64,000 nucleotides of DNA from Oscillospiraceae bacterium (GCA_017542425.1 JAFXXH010000017.1:2129-66128); one strand, 5' to 3'; shown: positions 1-11,319, counted from the first letter of the stretch. The notes: generated by a model not told the origin, from the letters alone. Made by a program: numbers and translations.

Positions 1-432
1 GGGGGCCAGGGTCTTCACCACCCGGGCGGGGATGCCCACCGCCAGGCTGTTGTCGGGGATGCGGTCCCCTTCCCGCACCACGGCCCCGGCGGCGATGATG
101 CAGTTGCTGCCCACCTCCGCGCCGGAGAGCAGGACGGCCCCCATTCCGATCAGGGTGTCGTCCCCCACTTTATGACAGTGTACCACGGCGTTGTGGCCGA
201 TGGTGATGTTGTTCCCGATGTACATGGCGTTTCCGTCACAGTGCAGTGTGACATTGTCCTGGACGCTGGTGTTCTCCCCCACCACGATCTCGCCGCTGTC
301 GCCCCGGATCACCGCGCCGTACCAGACGGAGCTGCCCGCGCCGATTTTGGTCCTTCCGATGACGGCGGCCGTCTCCGCCACGAACACGCTCTCGTGGAGC
401 TGCGGCGTCACGCCGCGCAAGGTCACGATCAT
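1..432 (-). CDS. gamma-class carbonic anhydrase / hexapeptide-repeat (left-handed beta-helix) family protein; the C-terminus runs off the left edge
   Basis: Own translation from ATG (rc of 430-432): MIVTLRGVTPQLHESVFVAETAAVIGRTKIGAGSSVWYGAVIRGD...ITIGHNAVVHCHKVGDDTLIGMGAVLL. It shows hexapeptide periodicity and a YrdA/PaaY-like N-terminus. It is absent from the ORF track because there is no stop in the window. Confidence 0.8.
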   Translation of the reverse strand, partial: MIVTLRGVTPQLHESVFVAETAAVIGRTKIGAGSSVWYGAVIRGDSGEIVVGENTSVQDNVTLHCDGNAMYIGNNITIGHNAVVHCHKVGDDTLIGMGAVLLSGAEVGSNCIIAAGAVVREGDRIPDNSLAVGIPARVVKTLAP

Positions 433-549
433 ATGCTTGTCCCCCCGTATGTTCAGAATGGGAAAAGTATACCATGCTTCCCGCTGCATTGCAAGATACG
501 ACAACTCCCGGACGATGCGTCCGGGAGTTGGAAACAGGTGGAAATGGCG

Positions 550-1935
550 TCATTCGCCGGAAAAACCGGTCTGGTCGTTGACGCTGTACAGGCCCCAGCA
601 GGGCAGAAGCTGCGGGATCTCGTCCATGTTCCAGGCCCTTGGCATGGCGATCCAGCGCAGGAACTCCTTGGGCAGTTCCGTGGTGGGCGTGCCGGGCAGG
701 TAGAAATACACCCGATCCGCTTCCTCCAGGCCGTAGGGCTCGGACTGGATGTAGCGCACGTCGTCGCGGATCCACTCCTCCCCCGCCTCCGGGCCGTCCA
801 TGTTCCGCTCCACCACGCGGGCGGTCCAGCGGTAGTCGTCCAGGCGCTCCAGCTCGCCCAGGTGCAGCACGCAGGAGCAGACGTAGACCGTGCCGTGTTC
901 ATAGCCCTCGCCGGTGTCGCCCATGTCGCTGTCGTGGAAGCTCAGCTCCACGGAGCCGTCGGCCTGGAACTGGAGGTCCGTGCTCCAACCGCCCGCGCCG
1001 CTGGCGAAGACCATGTCGGGGACCTGGCCGAAGAAGTCCGCAGCGTTTTCGCGTACATCCTGTCCCAGCAGGGCCCTCAGATAGTCGATGGCCTCGTCCA
1101 CGGTCATGCCCGCGCCGTTGGTGGGGTAGACGGTGGGAAGGTTCATGCCGTACTCGTCGTAGTCCAGGTTTCGCAGCAGCAGACCCCTGGCCTGGAAGGC
1201 CTTGGCGGGCAGGGCCGCTTGGTATTCCTCCTCCGTGACCTCTTCGCCGTCGATGGTACACGTCAGGCTCCAGAGGTCAGTTTCGTAGTCGTAGTGCTGC
1301 GTATGGGTGAAGTCCTCGGCCACGGTAAGCGCGTTGCCGTCCTCCACCAGATGCCGGTATTCCTCGTCGTTGACCTCGCTGAACCAGTGGGTGTACAGCC
1401 AGAGGCCGCTCTGCTTGGGCACGGTGAAGATCCGGTAGACCATGCCGCCCCCGGCCTGGGCGTCCAGTTCGTTGAAGCTGTACAGCTCGATCAGCGCGTC
1501 GGCGTCATAGGCCAGGACGTGCAGCTCCGCCATGTAGGGGGGAAAGCCCTCCAGGGGTTCCTCCGCGCAGAGGTAGAGCAGTTCCGGGGTGGGGCTGCCC
1601 CACACGTCCGCAAAGGCCACGTTGACGGTGCCGGGCCGGTAGCCGAACTCCTCGTATTCCTCGTCATAGCCAAAGCCCTTCTGCCAGTTGTAGCCCAGGA
1701 TGCGCTCCCTCTGGTCCTGGAGATAGTAGAGATAGGTCTCATAGGCCAGGGCCGGGTCGGAGAATTCGTCGTCCTCCGGCGCGTTCGCCTGCTCGGGAGG
1801 CAGGTCTGAGGCGGAGACCTCCGCTTCCGCCTCGGGCATACCCTTCCCCTGCTCGCCGGACTGCGCCGGGCCGCCGCAGGCGGCGAACAGCGCCAGGCAG
1901 AGCAGCAGAGCGATCCATCCGCTCATTCGCTTCAT
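550..1935 (-). CDS. acidic lipoprotein of unknown function
   Basis: 461-aa ORF with signal peptide and lipobox (LLLCLALFAACGG). RBS AAAGGAGAG lies upstream. Amino-acid composition is balanced, unlike the antisense 545-aa ORF. No domain was recognised by eye. Confidence 0.8.
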   Translation of the reverse strand: MKRMSGWIALLLCLALFAACGGPAQSGEQGKGMPEAEAEVSASDLPPEQANAPEDDEFSDPALAYETYLYYLQDQRERILGYNWQKGFGYDEEYEEFGYRPGTVNVAFADVWGSPTPELLYLCAEEPLEGFPPYMAELHVLAYDADALIELYSFNELDAQAGGGMVYRIFTVPKQSGLWLYTHWFSEVNDEEYRHLVEDGNALTVAEDFTHTQHYDYETDLWSLTCTIDGEEVTEEEYQAALPAKAFQARGLLLRNLDYDEYGMNLPTVYPTNGAGMTVDEAIDYLRALLGQDVRENAADFFGQVPDMVFASGAGGWSTDLQFQADGSVELSFHDSDMGDTGEGYEHGTVYVCSCVLHLGELERLDDYRWTARVVERNMDGPEAGEEWIRDDVRYIQSEPYGLEEADRVYFYLPGTPTTELPKEFLRWIAMPRAWNMDEIPQLLPCWGLYSVNDQTGFSGE

Positions 1936-1987
1936 CGTTCTCTCTCCTTTCTTTTTTCAGAAGGGTCGCGCCCTTCCGGCTTGCCGT

Positions 1988-2332
1988 TCAGGCCATGCGG
2001 TCGTTCAGCCGGGTCCCCCCCAGGATGTGGAAGTGGAGATGCCCCACGGTCTGGCCCGCGTCGGGGCCGCAGTTGCTGACCACCCGGTAGCCGCCGGGCA
2101 GCAGCCCCTCCTGCGCCGCGATTTTCGGGATGGCCAGCAGACAGGCCGCGGCCAGGCCGACCTTGCCCTCGTCCAGTTCCTGGACGGAGGCGATATGCGT
2201 CTTGGGGATGACCAGGATGTGGACGGGGGCCTGGGGCGCGATGTCCCGAAAGGCGTAGACCGTCTCGTCCTCATAGACCTTCGCGCTGGGGATCTCCCCT
2301 GCCGCGAGTTTGCAGAACAGGCAGTTTTCCAT
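1988..2332 (-). CDS. HIT (histidine triad) family nucleotide hydrolase
   Basis: 114 aa with a C-terminal HLHFHILGG histidine-triad motif and the CxFC N-terminus typical of Hint-like proteins. Confidence 0.9.
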   Translation of the reverse strand: MENCLFCKLAAGEIPSAKVYEDETVYAFRDIAPQAPVHILVIPKTHIASVQELDEGKVGLAAACLLAIPKIAAQEGLLPGGYRVVSNCGPDAGQTVGHLHFHILGGTRLNDRMA

Positions 2333-2360
2333 ATTATTATGACCTCCTGATCGTTATGAT

Positions 2361-5009
<2,649 letters not shown>

Positions 5010-5044
5010 GGTTTCGTTTCCTCCAATATCTTCAATGTAATGGT

Positions 5045-5325
5045 TGACTGTCTGCAAGGGGCTTCCCGGCAAAGAAAAAACTCCGCCTCTGCGCTTTTTT
5101 CGCAGGGGCGAAGCCTTGTAAGCGGTCTCCGCGGTACCACCCTGATTTGGCCCGCTTGTGCAGGCGTCTCATTCGGGACCCTGTAACGGGGATCATCCGT
5201 CATGCTCCTCGCATGAGGGCTCGGAAGTGGCTGCCTTTGTCCTGGGGCCGGAAACTCGCACCATCCGTTTCCTCTCTGCTGCGCCGCCGGGACGAAGCTC
5301 GTTTCGTCATCGCCCATGTAACAGC
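5045..5325 (-). promoter_or_regulatory. T-box riboswitch leader (tRNA-sensing), presumably tRNA-Ala specific
   Basis: Minus strand contains the canonical T-box AAATCAGGGTGGTACCGCGGAG (rc of 5129-5150). Upstream are a GCGATGACGAA (GA/K-turn-like) element and an AGAGAGGAAACGG box. A terminator lies downstream. The position directly 5' of alaS is typical of Firmicutes. Confidence 0.85.
5074..5110 (-). terminator. T-box leader terminator (attenuator) upstream of alaS
   Basis: Minus strand reads CGCCCCTGCG-AAAAAA-GCGCAGAGGCGG followed by AGTTTTTTCTTT. The 5' arm lies next to the T-box sequence, so an alternative antiterminator can form. Confidence 0.8.
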
Positions 5326-5328
5326 ACT

Positions 5329-5357
5329 ATTCTATGCACATTCTCCAAGTTTGTCAA
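5329..5357 (-). promoter_or_regulatory. sigma-A type promoter for the alaS leader
   Basis: Minus strand reads TTGACA-17 nt-TAGAAT. The -35 overlaps the stop codon of the upstream U32 peptidase gene. Confidence 0.55.
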
Positions 5358-6562
5358 TCTTTTTTTATTCGCCGCAGGATGCTCAGGCGCTCCGCCGGGG
5401 CGGGCAGCTTCATGCGGAGGGGCATCATCGGGTGCCGGGCCGTCTCCAGGGGCTGCCCCTCCCCGTCCCGCAGATCGGCGACGGTGAAGGGGACGGGCTT
5501 GTCGGTCCGGTTCAGCAGCTCCACCCGGTCCCCGACGGAAAAGCGGTTGCGCTCGGTCAGGACCGCCTCGCCGCATGGGTCGCAGGACTCCACCACGGCC
5601 ACGATCTCCGCGTCATAGAAATAGCTGCCCTCCGGGTAGTGCTCCCCCGGCTGGCCGAAATAGAAGCCGCTGGAGTAGGGCCGGTGGCTGAGCTTGTCGC
5701 ACTCTTTTCGCCAGTCCGGGTCAAAGGGCTTCCCCGCCAGCATGTCGTCCAGGGCGTGGCGGTAAGCGTTGGTGACGGCGGCGGCGTAGTAGGCGCTTTT
5801 CATCCGGCCCTCGATCTTGAAGCTGTCCACCCCCGCGTCCCGCAGGGCGGACAGATGCTCGATCATGCACAGGTCGCGGCTGTTGAGGATGTAGGCCCCC
5901 TCCGCGTCCTCGTCCAGCTGGAAATACTGGCCGGGGCGTTTTTCCTCCACCAGATGATATTTCCAGCGGCAGGGCTGGGCGCAGACGCCGCCGTTGCCGT
6001 CCCGCCCGGTCAGATAGTTGCTGAGCAGACAGCGCCCGGAAAAGCTGACGCACATGGCCCCGTGGACGAAGGCCTCCAGCTCCAGCTCCGGCGGACAGTT
6101 CGCCCGGATGGCGGCGATCTCGTCCAGGTGCAGCTCCCGCGCCAGCACGACGCGCTGCGCCCCCAGAGCATGCAGCATCCGGGCGCTTTCGGAATTTACG
6201 ACGCCGAACTGGGTGCTGATGTGGACGGGGACTGCGGGGGCGTAGCGTTTGGCCAGTGCCAGCACGCCCAGGTCCGCCAGAATCAGGCCGTCCGCTCCCG
6301 CCGCCGCGCAGCGCGCCAGGTGCTCCGGCAGTCCCGCCAGCTGCCCCTCGTGGGGCAGGGTGTTCACCGCTACATAGACTTTCGCCCCGGATGCATGGCT
6401 GAGGCGAATCGCCTCAGCCATGCCCTCCGGGTCGAAGTTTCCGGCGGCGGCCCGCAGACCGTAGGCCTTTCCGGCCAGATAGACGGCGTCCGCGCCGTAG
6501 TGCAGGGCCATCTCCAAGCGCTCCCGGTCCCCGGCGGGCGAGAGCAGCTCCGGCTTATTCAT
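5354..6562 (-). CDS. peptidase U32 family protein (collagenase-like; YrrN/YrrO/RlhA-type)
   Basis: MNKPELLSPAGDRERLEMALHYGADAVYLAG and ELEAFVHGAMCVSFSGRCLLSNY are typical U32 signatures. It follows mltG, as in the Bacillus yrrL-yrrN/O arrangement. Confidence 0.9.
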   Translation of the reverse strand: MNKPELLSPAGDRERLEMALHYGADAVYLAGKAYGLRAAAGNFDPEGMAEAIRLSHASGAKVYVAVNTLPHEGQLAGLPEHLARCAAAGADGLILADLGVLALAKRYAPAVPVHISTQFGVVNSESARMLHALGAQRVVLARELHLDEIAAIRANCPPELELEAFVHGAMCVSFSGRCLLSNYLTGRDGNGGVCAQPCRWKYHLVEEKRPGQYFQLDEDAEGAYILNSRDLCMIEHLSALRDAGVDSFKIEGRMKSAYYAAAVTNAYRHALDDMLAGKPFDPDWRKECDKLSHRPYSSGFYFGQPGEHYPEGSYFYDAEIVAVVESCDPCGEAVLTERNRFSVGDRVELLNRTDKPVPFTVADLRDGEGQPLETARHPMMPLRMKLPAPAERLSILRRIKKD

Positions 6563-7853
6563 ACTGCTGGGTCGCCACAAAGGCGTTGAACTCGTTGGCG
6601 TCCTGGAAGAAGCGATGGGTGCCGGACTCGGCGTCCAGGGCGTAGTAATAGTAATTGGTGTTCTCCGGGTTCAGCGCAGCCTGGATGCTGGCCATACCGG
6701 GGTTGCAGATGGGCGTGGGGGGCAGGCCGTGGTGCATCCGGGTGTTGTAGGGGCTGTCGTAATTGAGGATGTCGTCGGGAAGCTGGACGCCGCCGGCGTA
6801 GTCCGGGAAGAGGTACAGGATGGTGGAGTCCATGCCCAGCGTCATGCCCGCCGCCAGGCGGTTGTAGATGACGGAGGCGATTTTCCCCCGCTCCTCGTCG
6901 CTGCCGGCCTCTTTCTCGATGATGCTGGCCACGATGACCACATTGCGGAAGGTGGTGCCCCGGTTCTCGATCTGGGCCCACATGTCCGCCGTCACACGGC
7001 TGTGGAGGGCGGTGAGGAACTTGTTGACGACGCTGGCGGCCTGTTCGCCGTGGTAGAAGTCATAGGTGTTGGGGAAGATGAAGCCCTCCAGCCGGTGGGC
7101 GTCCCCGGTCTCCGCATTCTCCAGGAAGCGGAAGTTATAATTAAAGTTGGCCGCAGCGGCGTAGAGGTCCTCCGCCGAACAGATCTCCTCGGCCTCCAGC
7201 TTGCGGAAGATCTGGTCCATGGTCCAGCCCTCGGGGAAGGTAATTTTGGTCACCAGCATACTGGCCGTGCCCACCTGCATGTTCTTCACCAGGGCGCGGT
7301 AGTCCAGTTCCGTGCTCAGGTTGTATGCGCCCGGGTCGATTTTCACGTCGGCGTGGGAGAAGCTGGCAAAGAGCTTGAACAGGAGCTTGTATTCCACGAT
7401 GCCCGCGTCGTGCAGCGCCCCCGCCACATAGTCGATGTCCGCCACCCGGACGGTGCGGCTGCCCGTCACCTTGCCGTCCGCGTCTTTGATCAGCCGCTCC
7501 TCCTCATGGAAGATCTCGTCCGGCAGGACGACCGTGGCGGTCATGGGGTCTTTGTTCAGGGCCAGCACGTCCCGCGCCGCCATCCAGGCCATGCAGGCCA
7601 GGATAATGGAGACGCAGATGACGAACACGGCGTACATGACGCCGCCCAAAAGGCCGGTCTTGCCCGTGCGGCTGCGGCGGATGGGCTGGTAATCCCGCTC
7701 CTCCAGCTCCAACTCCGGGTCCTCCGGGGGCAGCTCCGCCCAAAAGGCTTCGTCCGCCTGCTGCCGGGCGTTCAGGTCATAGCTGTCCACCAGGGGATCG
7801 TCTTCGCGCTCCGGGTCCGGGACAGCGTTGGTTTCGTCGATCATGGGTTTCAC
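6555..7853 (-). CDS. mltG: endolytic murein transglycosylase MltG (YceG-like)
   Basis: N-terminal TM helix followed by FPEGWT, FIFPNTYDF, ASIIEKEA, VIYNRL and SPYNTRMHHGLPPTPICNPG motifs. Confidence 0.93.
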   Translation of the reverse strand: MKPMIDETNAVPDPEREDDPLVDSYDLNARQQADEAFWAELPPEDPELELEERDYQPIRRSRTGKTGLLGGVMYAVFVICVSIILACMAWMAARDVLALNKDPMTATVVLPDEIFHEEERLIKDADGKVTGSRTVRVADIDYVAGALHDAGIVEYKLLFKLFASFSHADVKIDPGAYNLSTELDYRALVKNMQVGTASMLVTKITFPEGWTMDQIFRKLEAEEICSAEDLYAAAANFNYNFRFLENAETGDAHRLEGFIFPNTYDFYHGEQAASVVNKFLTALHSRVTADMWAQIENRGTTFRNVVIVASIIEKEAGSDEERGKIASVIYNRLAAGMTLGMDSTILYLFPDYAGGVQLPDDILNYDSPYNTRMHHGLPPTPICNPGMASIQAALNPENTNYYYYALDAESGTHRFFQDANEFNAFVATQQYE

Positions 7854-7996
7854 CTCCGGGAGAGCAGACGCATAGGATGATGCGGATGGAGTCGGGAACG
7901 ACTCAATCCCACAAGATGCGCCTGCATTCGATTCAGTTCCGCGCCGGTGATGCAGGGCAAAAACAACGCTGCGGCGCGGAGAAAGGGATTTATATT

Positions 7997-8143
7997 ATGA
8001 TGTGCAACAACAATAACAACCTCTGGATCATCCTCATCCTCATCGTCCTGTTCGGCTGCGGCGGCTGCGGCTTCGGCTTTGGCTGCGGCAACAACTGCGG
8101 CTGCAACAACGGCTGCAACAACGACTGCGGCTGCGGCTGCTGA
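7997..8143 (+). CDS. 48-aa membrane peptide with a Cys/Gly/Asn-rich tail (10 Cys)
   Basis: MMCNNNNNLWIILILIVLFGCGGCGFGFGCGNNCGCNNGCNNDCGCGC. RBS GGAGAAAGGG lies 8-10 nt upstream of the ATG. A strong rho-independent terminator lies 35 nt downstream. The longer 88-aa track ORF has no RBS. Confidence 0.6.
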   Translation: MMCNNNNNLWIILILIVLFGCGGCGFGFGCGNNCGCNNGCNNDCGCGC

Positions 8144-8177
8144 GTCGGCCCGCCCGTCCAACGGGAGAGATGCTCAT

Positions 8178-8208
8178 GGGAGCCCCTTCGGGGGCTCCTT
8201 TTTTTTTT
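8178..8208 (+). terminator. rho-independent terminator
   Basis: GGGAGCCCC-TTCG-GGGGCTCC followed by T10. Confidence 0.85.
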
Positions 8209-8248
8209 GGAAACGCCGCCGGAAACGGCAGTATAGTCCCCGTTTGCA

Positions 8249-8977
8249 TCATTTTGGACGAGCGCGGAGGACTTGGACCAGGAACAGGGGCAGCTTCATC
8301 ATGCGCCCGATGCGCCTTGGCTCTTTCAGCAGCCGGTAGAGCCACTCCAGGCCCGCTTTCTGCCAGCCCAGAGGGGCCCGGGCGGCGTCCCCGGCCAGCA
8401 CGTCCAGCGCGCCGCCGTTGCCCACCATCAGGCCGACCTGCAGCCGGGGGGCGTTGGCGTGCATCCACTTTTCCTGCTTCGGCGCGCCCAGGCAGACCAG
8501 CAGCAGCTCCGGCGCGGCGGCGTTGATTTGCTCCAGCACCGGGCCGTCGTCGGAAAAGTAGCCGTCGTGGACCCCCGCCAGGCGGAGGCCCGGAAAGCGT
8601 TCACGCAGTTTTTCCCAGGCGCGCTCGGCCACGCCGGGCTTGCTGCCCAGCAGGAACACGCTGCCGCCGCTGCCGTCCAGGGCCTCCAGGAGCCGGGTGG
8701 AGAAGTCGATGCCCGGCACCCGCTCTTTCAGGGGCGTTTTCAGCAGCTTCGCGCCATAGATGACGCCGATGCCGTCCGGGATGGTCAGGGCCGCCCCCGC
8801 CACCGCCGCCGCGGCCTCCGGGTCCTCCCGACAGGCCAGGACGATCTCCGGGTTCGGCGTGACCACATAGGCCGCCCGGCGCTTGCGCATCAGCGTCAAA
8901 GCCCGTTCCACGGCCTCGTCCATGCTGAGGTTGTCGAATGCGACGCCCAAAACGTCGATGCGTGCCCGCTCGCTCAT
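8249..8977 (-). CDS. WecB/TagA/CpsF family glycosyltransferase
   Basis: 242 aa. The N-terminus IDVLGVAFDNLSMDEAV and the central VFLLGSKPGVAERA with GAPKQEKW are characteristic of TagA-type N-acetylmannosaminyltransferases. Confidence 0.88.
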   Translation of the reverse strand: MSERARIDVLGVAFDNLSMDEAVERALTLMRKRRAAYVVTPNPEIVLACREDPEAAAAVAGAALTIPDGIGVIYGAKLLKTPLKERVPGIDFSTRLLEALDGSGGSVFLLGSKPGVAERAWEKLRERFPGLRLAGVHDGYFSDDGPVLEQINAAAPELLLVCLGAPKQEKWMHANAPRLQVGLMVGNGGALDVLAGDAARAPLGWQKAGLEWLYRLLKEPRRIGRMMKLPLFLVQVLRARPK

Positions 8978-9690
8978 AACTGTGAAAAGACCTCCCCGAT
9001 CTTGTCGTGTATCACCAGGTCCGCCCAGGCGTCCGCACTCGTAGCGTCCCGGTTCACCAGCACCAGCTTCTGGCCCCGGTAATAGCGGATCAGCCCCGCC
9101 GCCGGGTAGACCACCAGGCTGGTGCCGCCGATGATGAGGACATCCGCCTGGCGGATGTAGCGGACCGCCCGGCTGATGGCATCTTCGTCCAGCGCCTCCT
9201 CATACAGTACGATGTCGGGGCGGATGACGCCGCCGCAGTCGCAGCGGGGCACGCCCTCCCCCTCCTGGATGCGCTCCGCGGGCCAGGGTTTCCGACAGCG
9301 GGAACAGTAGGCCCGCAGCAGACTGCCGTGCAGTTCGATGACGTTCCGGCTGCCTGCGGCCTGGTGGAGCCCGTCGATGTTCTGGGTGATGACGGCCCGG
9401 AGCTTGCCCTGGGCCTCCCACTCCGCCAGCTTCCGGTGGGCGGCGTTGGGCTGCGCCCCACGGAGGCAGAGCTTGTCGTGGTGGAAGCGGAAGTACTCCT
9501 CCGGATTGGCCTGGAAGAAGCTGTGGCTCAGGATCTGTTCCGGGGGGTATTTGTAATGCTGGCTGTATAGTCCGTCCACGCTGCGGAAGTCGGGGATGCC
9601 GCTCTCCGTGCTGACGCCCGCGCCGCCAAAGAATACGATGTTGTCCGATCCGGCGATCCAATCCCGGAGCCGGGCAATGCGCTCGTCCAT
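8974..9690 (-). CDS. cobB: NAD-dependent protein deacylase (Sir2 family)
   Basis: FFGGAGVSTESGIPDFRS, QNIDGLH and a Zn ribbon CSRC...CDCGG. The start was set at MDERIARL, which has a GGAGGG RBS. Confidence 0.92.
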   Translation of the reverse strand: MDERIARLRDWIAGSDNIVFFGGAGVSTESGIPDFRSVDGLYSQHYKYPPEQILSHSFFQANPEEYFRFHHDKLCLRGAQPNAAHRKLAEWEAQGKLRAVITQNIDGLHQAAGSRNVIELHGSLLRAYCSRCRKPWPAERIQEGEGVPRCDCGGVIRPDIVLYEEALDEDAISRAVRYIRQADVLIIGGTSLVVYPAAGLIRYYRGQKLVLVNRDATSADAWADLVIHDKIGEVFSQL

Positions 9691-9900
9691 GCCGATCCCT
9701 CCACCCAGTCTGGTTTTCCATATCTTAACACAGCCCTCGCTAAAAAGCAAGAAATGCGCGCCACTCCGCTCTTGATAAATTTAGACACTTTTGCTATAAT
9801 GTCAGTAATCTGTTGACGGATGTCGAAACAAATACCCAAAGACCCAGCGGGCCCGCCGGAAGCCGCCCCGTGCCCGATGATCTGAAAAAGGAGGTTCGTC

Positions 9901-11253
9901 ATGAAACGATGCAGCAAATGCGGCAAGACCTATGAGGACTGGAGCATTTTCTGCCGGGACTGCGGCCAGCTCCTGAGCCCCGAGGGGGAAGCCGCGCCGA
10001 CGCCGGCCCAGGCCGAGAGCGTGCTGCGTGCGCAGCCGGAAGAGGAGACCCTGCTCCAGGCCGCAGCGCCCCCGCCGCCGGAGCCGGAGGCCCCCGCCGC
10101 GCCGACGCCGCCCCAGGCGGATGCGCCGCAGACGCCCGCCGTGCCCGGCCGGATGCAGCAGCCCGGCGGAGCGCCCCAGCCGGAAGCGCCGCAGACGCCC
10201 GCCGCCGTGCCGCCGCCGCAGCAGCCGAGCCAAGGCCCGTTCCCCTATTCCGGCCCCTATGACCCCATCCCGGATATGTTCAAGGAAGCGCCGCCGGAGC
10301 CAAAGGTGAAAAAGCCCCGGCCCCTGCGGGACGGCTCTCTGCCCAAACTGGGCTTCGGACGTGGGCTTGCCTATGTGCTGGCCGGAATTCTGCTCTTTCT
10401 GCTGCTGGCCGCGCCGCTGGGCGTTTACATTGTCCGGGAGAGCAGCACGGAAGCGGGCCTGAACACCCTGCTGGCCGACGTGCGCCTCTCCCAGATCCCC
10501 GCCGGCGACGTGATCCGCGGGGCGGACCCCCAGCAGACCGTTTCCGGCTGGCTGGGCGACAAGCTCTTTGCCCTGAGCAAAAAACTGGACTTCACCACCG
10601 AGGCGGTGGCGGACTTTCTGGACCGCAGCAGCCTGAAGGACTCCGCTGTCCGGGACCTGGCCGCCGTACTCCGCGACTGGTTCGCGGGCAGCGGGGAGCA
10701 CGCCCTGGGCAAGGCGGAATACCGGGCCATGATCGTGGAGAACCAGGGGCTGTTTGAGGACGTGTTCCACAAGGAGCTGCCCACGGAGCTGACTCCCATG
10801 CTGGCCGACCTGCTGGTCTCCAGCGGTCTGCCCACCCTGCCCACCCAGGCGGAACTGCGCCAGGCGAATCCCACCCTGAGCACGGCGCTGCAATACGGCT
10901 TCTCCTGGGTCACCGTGATCGTCCTGCTGCTGCTGGCGGTGCTGGTCTTCCTGCTGCTGTGCAAGCTGGCCCGGGGCGTCCTGCGGCCCCTGCGCAGCCT
11001 GGGGATTCTGCTCTGCATTCTGGGCGGCCTGACCGCGCTGGCGGCGGGCTTTGCCAAGCTGCTGCCGGACCTCTGGAGCGGCCTTTTGCAGGCGGGCTAT
11101 GTGCCCGGCAAGGCCAGCGCCGCCCTGCTGGGCAGCCAGCTCCCCATCTTCCTGGGGATGCTGGGGTTGGGCGTCCTGCTCCTGGTGCTGGTCCGCCTGA
11201 TCCGCGCCGGACAGGCCCGGCGTGCGGCAAAACGACTGGCCAAAGCGGGCTGA
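9901..11253 (+). CDS. zinc-ribbon, proline-rich, multi-pass membrane protein of unknown function
   Basis: MKRCSKCGKTYEDWSIFCRDCG zinc ribbon, then a ~120-aa Pro/Ala/Gln-rich linker, then a TM helix, a soluble domain and 3-4 C-terminal TM helices. Confidence 0.8.
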   Translation: MKRCSKCGKTYEDWSIFCRDCGQLLSPEGEAAPTPAQAESVLRAQPEEETLLQAAAPPPPEPEAPAAPTPPQADAPQTPAVPGRMQQPGGAPQPEAPQTPAAVPPPQQPSQGPFPYSGPYDPIPDMFKEAPPEPKVKKPRPLRDGSLPKLGFGRGLAYVLAGILLFLLLAAPLGVYIVRESSTEAGLNTLLADVRLSQIPAGDVIRGADPQQTVSGWLGDKLFALSKKLDFTTEAVADFLDRSSLKDSAVRDLAAVLRDWFAGSGEHALGKAEYRAMIVENQGLFEDVFHKELPTELTPMLADLLVSSGLPTLPTQAELRQANPTLSTALQYGFSWVTVIVLLLLAVLVFLLLCKLARGVLRPLRSLGILLCILGGLTALAAGFAKLLPDLWSGLLQAGYVPGKASAALLGSQLPIFLGMLGLGVLLLVLVRLIRAGQARRAAKRLAKAG

Positions 11254-11273
11254 TACAAAGACGGAAGATGCGC

Positions 11274-11319
11274 ATCGGGCGAAGGTGGTCTCTCCACCTT
11301 CGCCCGATCTCTGTTTTTT
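11274..11319. terminator. bidirectional rho-independent terminator between convergent genes
   Basis: ATCGGGCGAAGGTGG-TCTC-TCCACCTTCGCCCGAT with a T-run after it on the plus strand. Confidence 0.7.

Noticed and set aside
172-1809. 545-aa plus-strand ORF
   Set aside because: It is antisense to the well-supported lipoprotein gene (550-1935). The composition is V/A/G/H/L/R-rich, typical of a high-GC shadow frame. It has no RBS and no recognisable motifs.
1936-1987. Hairpin GAAGGG-CGCGA-CCCTTC between the HIT and lipoprotein genes as a terminator
   Set aside because: On the coding (minus) strand it is followed by TGAAAAAAG rather than a U-tract. The T-run lies on the wrong side, so it is more likely just an intergenic stem or a processing site.
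7854-7996. Possible structured leader or riboswitch upstream of the Cys-rich peptide (short hairpins such as GGAGTCG-GGAA-CGACTC and CTGCAT...ATGCAG)
   Set aside because: I recognised no conserved riboswitch core sequence, and the hairpins are short and could arise by chance in GC-rich DNA. I also could not identify a convincing promoter here, so the transcription start of the peptide gene remains open.
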